This document shows positions 36,501 through 42,743 of a stretch of DNA of 42,743 nt, one piece after another. The notes beneath the pieces were generated by a model, which saw only the letters and a list, made by a program, of their open reading frames with translations, was not told where the DNA came from and ran no database searches. A program made the translations under genes and the position numbers. Position 1 is the first letter of the stretch; the number at the start of each line of letters is the position of its first letter. The stretch comes from Octopus bimaculoides (taxonomy: Eukaryota). The DNA is taken from the NCBI RefSeq assembly GCF_001194135.2, contig NC_068985.1, forward strand, positions 100,104,967 through 100,147,709. Reading direction: 5' to 3'.

Positions 36501-37464
36501 GTTACCCCTCCCCCGCACTACCCAGTCATTTTTATATATACGTATGTCTGCTCCTATGAACGCGGCTACTTCTATAAGAGGTAATAGATCTTGTAAATTG
36601 AATTTAATTACAGTCTGCATCTAAAGATAAATAGGCAATGAACTATATATGTACCTCTATCAACAACTCTTTGTATGTACTTGCCAACCGACCTTTTCAC
36701 TCACTGTGTGTCTGGAGTTTCTGTAAGTACAGTTCTCGCATCAGTTTGATAGAGATGCCTTCTCGAACATTATGCTGATATCTGCTCTGCAACTATGACA
36801 GCGATGTGGAGTGTTCTTATCCCTCGCTCTCTCTCCTGCAGTATATATCTCTGTAAATTCGAGCTGCGACAAAACACAGCATATGTAATGTTTTGACACC
36901 GATCTATCATACATGTCACACGCTTGGCACGTGCAGACACACACACACGCACGCACACGCGCACACACATGTACATACACACACACGCGCGCATATATAA
37001 AAGAGAAGATGCGTGCATATGTTTGTTTTTCGTTGTATGTGTATCTCGAATATTAAATCTTGTGAAGAAATGAAAACACAGATGACCACTCATGCTGACC
37101 AATTCATAGGATAAGGAGACGATACATAAACCTATATATATATATATATATGTGTGTGTGTAAGAACGTAGATGACTTTAGATCGTTATGCATGTTATAA
37201 CATTTATTTAAAACCTGAGGAGAAAAGCTAGTAATCAGCACGTAATCAGCTCCTAGCGTCATTAAGAGCAAAGGACAAATTACCTGGTAGATTTCCTAAT
37301 GATTTGGATGGAAGAATGTTTTTAAATTCAGTTTAGATGACTTTTCATTTACGATGCATCTCAATTATGTAACTATTAAATTGACTATCCTTATTCATAA
37401 TAGAACAGCTGTTGAAAGTAATTCAGTTATGATATACCTCTGAAATTTGTGCTTTTCTACATTT

Positions 37465-37466
<2 letters not shown>

Positions 37467-37552
<86 letters not shown>

Positions 37553-37585
37553 CTCTCTCTCTTTATTTCTCTCTCTCTCTCTCTA
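37467..37585. repeat. (CT)n microsatellite
   Basis: Seen directly. Confidence 0.97.
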
Positions 37586-37994
37586 TCTATCTATCTACAT
37601 AACCATTTATATAGATGTCTTTGCATGGGGCGGTTAAGAAATACATGTGCATCGATTTATCACGAAAGAAAACTTCGAAGAGATCTCGCATATCATGCTC
37701 AAGGCTTCCTTTCACTCGTCAATACATAGAACTATCAGAGAGTAGATACATGAAATGAAAACAGACTACACTGTAGAGTCGGTGATAAATTATTATATTA
37801 CGTTATCTTACACTTGTTTCAGCAAATGTTATTTGTATTTCTAAGTGCACACTTCATTAGAAATTCATACGGAGCATTGCATTGACTTATAGTTTCTGAG
37901 CGCAATTGCGGAAACGGAAGCCGTATAGATGTCTGTTAGATAAATTCTTGGCGGTAAATCAAACGTATGATTCTGTCAAATTCTGTATCACGTT

Positions 37995-38112
37995 GATTCC
38001 ATGAGTAGGTTATAGATTCCATGAGTAGGTTATAGATTCCATGAGTAGGTTATAGATTCCATGAGTAGGTTATAGATTCCATGAGTAGGTTATAGATTCC
38101 ATGAGTAGGTTA
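37995..38112. repeat. Perfect 20-bp minisatellite (gattccatgagtaggttata) x5.9
   Basis: Five identical units plus an 18-nt sixth unit, with no spacers. Confidence 0.98.
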
Positions 38113-39574
38113 AGATTACCGCTGAATGCTCATCGTTAGAACGATAGAGAATAGTTGATACTGCCAAATTTTAAGTTTAGAATTAAATTTCATTGACAGG
38201 AAACAATTTACCATTTACACTTATCATTACCTGTTTAAAATATTCACTTTCCAAATATTAGTAAGACTGGCGTCCAGGGTATAATTTATCTGCTTAGAGG
38301 AAAAAATAGACCTAAGTCTCTATTTAATTAACATGGTTTGTATGTAAGATTTCCAATTTTGTTTCACATAACATCAGTTGCAAAAATCAGTTGTATGAAC
38401 AGTCGTTTAAATGCATACTAATATAAAGCAATGTGAAGCTAATTGGGACACTCTATCACTTAGAAATTACATCGAGTGACATACATTGATTGAAAGTGCA
38501 TAGAAACTTGTTCACTCTATTTTCATTCGTTTTCTGTTAATTTATAAACACACTAAAAGTTTCCTAAATTTTATTAATATTCCTATTTTAGCATTGTTAA
38601 TGAAATTACTTACATGTATCGATTTTCCCACTCATACATACAGTGTTGATATGTTCGTGCACTCCTATGTAGTATATCCATTTTCCGTGAAGCTTTGAAT
38701 TCAATTTTGATTTGTAATTCTGGTACTGTCACCCGTTTTGAATTGCGTTTATCAAGTATTCTGTCTGTATAGGAAGTAAGTAAACATTTTCTGACATGCT
38801 AAAGAAAGTGCCTTAAACCAGTGACTGCTTTCATTATTGAATAATGCTTTCACGCCAGTTCCATTTGCATAAAAGCACAACGGTGTGTCCATTAGTGAGA
38901 AAATATAATATAAAGTCTCTATTAGTATAAAAACACAAAACAAAGTCCATTAGTATTTCAATATAAAAGTAGACGTGATCTAATTAAAATCCTTTGATTA
39001 AAATAAGGTTCCAGTCTGTAAAAGAAATCATTATATGGAACACCGTTTCATTGTTACATTAGGAAAACATGTTAAGCAGTCTTCTTACTCCTAAATGTAT
39101 TCACGTGATAGATCATTACACACTATTATAACAGGGCACGCAATTGCTCTTGGAAATTTCATATGTCTTTTGCATATTTTGGAGAACAGCATTATCAAAT
39201 AAATCCTAGATTCTCGAGGCAAGACCCATTTCGATTAACTTTTTTGCTCAATAACTGTGATTCATTTTTAAAAATTTTTTTACCAAGTTCTGATATGTTT
39301 CGTAATGGCACATTATCTGTCTGAATTTAAAAGGATTCATAATTCCTATAGCTAAACTACCATATTCGACAGTTTATATATTTCATCATATCACTGAGTA
39401 GCATAAGATAAATTGAGATAAATATACGTATAAAAGAGCATCACAACATGTTTTCTACTCACAATTATTACGAAAATAATCTGAAACAAATATAAAAAGT
39501 AGACAAAACAGAAACCTACATTGATTGTTCCACCTGTGAGAAACAAATGCCCAATTTTCCGAAAATACCTGGAA

Positions 39575-39788
39575 TATTAATATTCGGTTTCAAATTACGG
39601 CACACGGCCAACAATTTTGGGAGTGAGGGTAAGTCGATTACAATGCGTCCAGAGTTTAAGTGGTACTTACATTAACAACTCCAAAAGGATGAAGGGCTAA
39701 GTTGACCTCGAGAGTAATTTTAATTCGGACAAAACACCGCCAAGCGTTTTGACCGGCGTGCTAACGAACCTGCCAGCTCATCACCTTA
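39575..39788 (-). mobile_element. SINE family A copy, tail type 2, diverged
   Basis: ttcaaatt...gtaagtcgattaca...aaaggatgaagggctaagttgacctcg...ccggcgtgctaacgaacctgccagctc...cctta. Confidence 0.8.
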
Positions 39789-39795
39789 TTTGACA

Positions 39796-40023
39796 TATTA
39801 ATATTGATTTCAAATTTTGGCACACAAAGCCAGCAATTTCGGAGGAGGGGCTGAGTCAATTATACCGACCTCAGTACTTAACTGGTACTTATTTTATCGA
39901 CTCCGAAAGGATGAAAGGCAAAGTCGACCCCGGCGTAATTTGAACTCAGAATGTTTAAGAGGGATGAAATGTCGTAAAATATTTTCCCCGACGTGCTATA
40001 AACTAAGCCGGCTCACCGCCTTA
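39796..40023 (-). mobile_element. SINE family A copy, tail type 2
   Basis: tattaatattgatttcaaattttggcacacaaagccagcaatttc...aactggtacttattttatcgactccgaaaggatgaaaggcaaagtcgacc...aatttgaactcagaa...gccggctcaccgcctta. Confidence 0.9.
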
Positions 40024-40027
40024 AAAG

Positions 40028-40116
40028 TAAAATCAACCTCGGCATAATTTGAACTCGGGACGTAAAGACGGACGGCATACAGGTAAGCATTTCATCCGGC
40101 GACGCTAGCAATTCTA
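40028..40116 (-). mobile_element. SINE family A head fragment
   Basis: aatcaacctcggcataatttgaactcgggacgtaaagacggac...aagcatttcatccggcgacgctagcaattct. Confidence 0.8.
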
Positions 40117-40130
40117 CTAGTTTGATCTAC

Positions 40131-40333
40131 TAATATTGATTTCAAATTTTGTCACAAGGCCAGCAATTTCGGGGAGGGGATAGGATAAATAATCAAATAC
40201 TTATTTTATCGACCTCGAAGAGATGAAGGGCAAAGTCGACCTTAGCGGAATTTGAACTCAGAATGTGAAGACGGACGAAATACCCGAGAGCATTTCGTCC
40301 GGCGTGCTTATGATTCTGCCAGCTCACTGACTT
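40131..40333 (-). mobile_element. SINE family A copy, tail type 2
   Basis: taatattgatttcaaattttgtcacaaggccagcaatttcgggg...ggaatttgaactcagaatgtgaagacggacgaaatacc...ccggcgtgcttatgattctgccagctc. Confidence 0.9.
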
Positions 40334-40364
40334 CAATTTGACCTATTAATACTGAAATCACTTC

Positions 40365-40545
40365 AAGGCGACGAATTTGCAGAATGGTTAACACGCCAGA
40401 TAAAACGCTTAGTGCTTCGCGTCCTGAGTTGAAATTCCGCCGAGGTCAATTTTGCCTTTCTTCCTTTCGGGGTCGATAAAATATTTACCAGTTAGTCGAT
40501 CACCCGAAATCGCAGGTCTTGTGCAAAAGTTTGAAACCAATACTG
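40365..40545 (+). mobile_element. SINE family A copy, tail type 2, with 17-bp TSD
   Basis: aaggcgacgaatttgcagaatggttaacacgcc...gagttgaaattccgccgaggtc...tttgaaaccaata, flanked by aatactgaaatcacttc at 40348-40364 and 40539-40555. Confidence 0.9.
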
Positions 40546-41489
40546 AAATCACTTCGTCGAAAATACAGTCATCGATACTCTGTCCGTATCACAGATATGA
40601 TATTTATTATTTGAAGGCCATTGGTCACCGGATTGCTTATCTAAACATGATCTAGATGTAAAGGACAACACCGGAAAATGAAATGTAAAGTAATAAAATG
40701 TATTTTCAATAACGTCTAATACCATAATGTTACTCAATTCACTCAAGACACTTTTGAGTAGCGTATTATGTCTCCATAGGTCTCAGAAGGACAAATAACG
40801 ACCATCTAAATTGAAAAGAATATTAGAAACGGATTGGCGCATTCTTGTTGGAATAAGAATTAAAAAGAAAAAGATATTCTGAGAGAAAAGAAACATATAC
40901 TTCCAGGAATTCAGTATTCCCATACACATTTGTGAAAACTATTGATTGAGGATATCTATGGAACTAAAACCTAAAAGTTAGGTAGCATGCCATTAATGAC
41001 GATTTAATGCTAGTATCTTTATATAAATCGGCTCCAAGGTAAAATAATAACGTGTATTATCGCAGCAAGAATGAACTGAACTGGAATACATATCTTATTC
41101 CGGATTTCGCACTCACGGCTATTGGTGTTTATAAACGTAGCGCAAATTGCATGAATTGTTGAGGATGTATGTGTGTAATAGGAAGATTAAGAAGGGACAA
41201 AGATAGTAAATGACAGAGAATGACAGATAGCGAAATAGGCAACCAACAAGAACGTATCTTATGGTGTATGATGTTACTTCGATTATAGTAAAGTAATGTA
41301 ATTTATCTGTGTTTCAATGTTGTGTATATATAGAATTGTTTGTTAGGTGTTTATGTAAGTTTCTGTATTGTTGGTATTGCGTAGAAGCAAGTTAAAGGGA
41401 AAAGATCCAGATTATAATTAAGGCTTTTCCCGCAAAAGTATTTGAAACGCTAGTTGTGTGAAAAGTAGCGACCATGAAGTCCCATGAAA

Positions 41490-41612
41490 ATACATACATG
41501 CATACATGTATATATGTATGTATATATATGTATGTATTTATGTATGTATGTATGTATGTATGTATGTATGTATGTATGTATCTGTATATGCATGTATATA
41601 TGTATGTATATA
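41490..41612. repeat. (TATG)n microsatellite
   Basis: Seen directly; abuts the 3' end of the family B SINE. Confidence 0.93.
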
Positions 41613-41883
41613 TTATTTTACTTGTTTCCTTCATTTGACGGTGGCCATGCTGTAGTACCGCCTTTAGTCGAAGAAATCGACCCCAGGACTTATTCTTTGT
41701 AAGCCTAGTACTTATTATATCGGTTCTTTTGCCGAACCGTTAAGTTACGGGGACGTATATACACCAAGATCGGTTGTCAAGCGATGTTGGGGAACAAACA
41801 CAGACACACAAACATATACTTACACACACATATATATGTATACATATATACGACGAGCTTCCTTCAGCTTCCGTCAACCAAAT
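41613..41883 (-). mobile_element. SINE family B: 3' portion, internal microsatellite and start of the head segment (5'-truncated)
   Basis: The 3' part 41613-41813 matches 22251-22457 and 3961-4128. After (CA/TA)n, cgacgagcttccttcagcttccgtcaaccaaat (41851-41883) matches 17-56, linking head and tail into one family. Confidence 0.9.
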
Positions 41884-42458
41884 TTCTGAAATGAAATTCC
41901 ATTATGCAGATGAGGAGTACATTTTCATTCCACATTTTATGTAGTGTTCTCACTACATGAATAAATGAAGTTTGTACGAAACGTACGTACTGCTATAACC
42001 TATTGAATTTTTGTTGCTTTTCTTCAAATTTTATTCACCAAATCTCTTGATTTTGTTTTTGGTTTTTACCCTACCGAATTCTGGTGCCTCAAACATTTTA
42101 AGTACCACATTTAATCTACAGTTATTTACTGAGAAGGGAGGCAAGTTCCCTAACATACAAGTGTGTGTGTATGCATCAATAAACGGTTCATTGTTTTCGT
42201 TGTTATCTTCCTCGGTTGCTTCCCGTGTCCGACAATATCAATCTCTTCTTGATTGCATGTATCTTCCATGTCGTTGGCATAGGTTTGTGTATAAAATACA
42301 TACCGTATATGATATATAGTGAGAGATTGAATCAGACCATTGAGAGAGAGAGAGAGATTAGAAAGAAAAGAACTAGTGAAAAATATATTGACAAAGATGG
42401 TGAACAGGACATTAAACTGTTCTAGTGTGTGTGTGTGTATACATATATATATATATAT

Positions 42459-42743
42459 ATGAACTTTAAATCGTGCCATCCACCCCATACAAAACGCAAC
42501 ATACCATACTGCCTAGCCAGGAGAATATGTACTATTGTAGAGGATATAGAGACCAGAAATAAACGCCTGATGGAACTGAAAGAATTTCTGGTGAAGCAAA
42601 AATACCCATCACGACTCATAGAAAATGGTATTCAGCGGGCTTCGAAAATACCCATACAACAACTGAGGACACCGCAAAGAAAAGACAAACAGGAAAAGAT
42701 CATTCCATTTATAGTGACACAAAATCCATGCCACCAGAACATC
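42459..42743 (+). mobile_element. Penelope-like retroelement, 5'-truncated; RT C-terminal region as an open frame running off the window
   Basis: Manual translation, 95 codons with no stop: MNFKSCHPPHTKRNIPYCLARRICTIVEDIETRNKRLMELKEFLVKQKYPSRLIENGIQRASKIPIQQLRTPQRKDKQEKIIPFIVTQNPCHQNI. It matches the PLE pattern (YL)xFxSxHPxHxKxxIP...R...L...L..x.YP...I. The ATG is formed by the flanking (TA)n, so it is probably not a real start. Confidence 0.88.

Noticed and set aside
37995-38112. Possible CRISPR array
   Set aside because: Identical units are directly adjacent with no spacers, the DNA is eukaryotic, and there are no cas genes.

Overview
AT-rich, repeat-dense eukaryotic DNA from a draft assembly with 11 N-gaps, nearly all bordered by microsatellites. 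The extreme microsatellite load and the SINE families resemble an octopus (coleoid cephalopod) genome; this is recognition from memory, not a search result. No host protein-coding exon could be supported, and almost all ORFs in the track are microsatellite or N-gap artefacts. The window is intronic or intergenic DNA containing about 20 tRNA-derived SINE copies or fragments from three families, a decayed 5' part of a mariner transposon (21719-22228), a decayed Helitron-like 5' end encoding 23-aa STPR-like repeats (34007-35154, minus strand), a Penelope-like terminal repeat carrying a minimal dimer-type hammerhead ribozyme motif (33809-33854), and an uninterrupted Penelope-like RT C-terminal frame running off the window end (42459-42743). 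It also has several long inverted repeats, including a ~160-bp-arm foldback at 4544-4873. These belong to known element classes; the candidates for novelty are the specific architectures noted in the findings.
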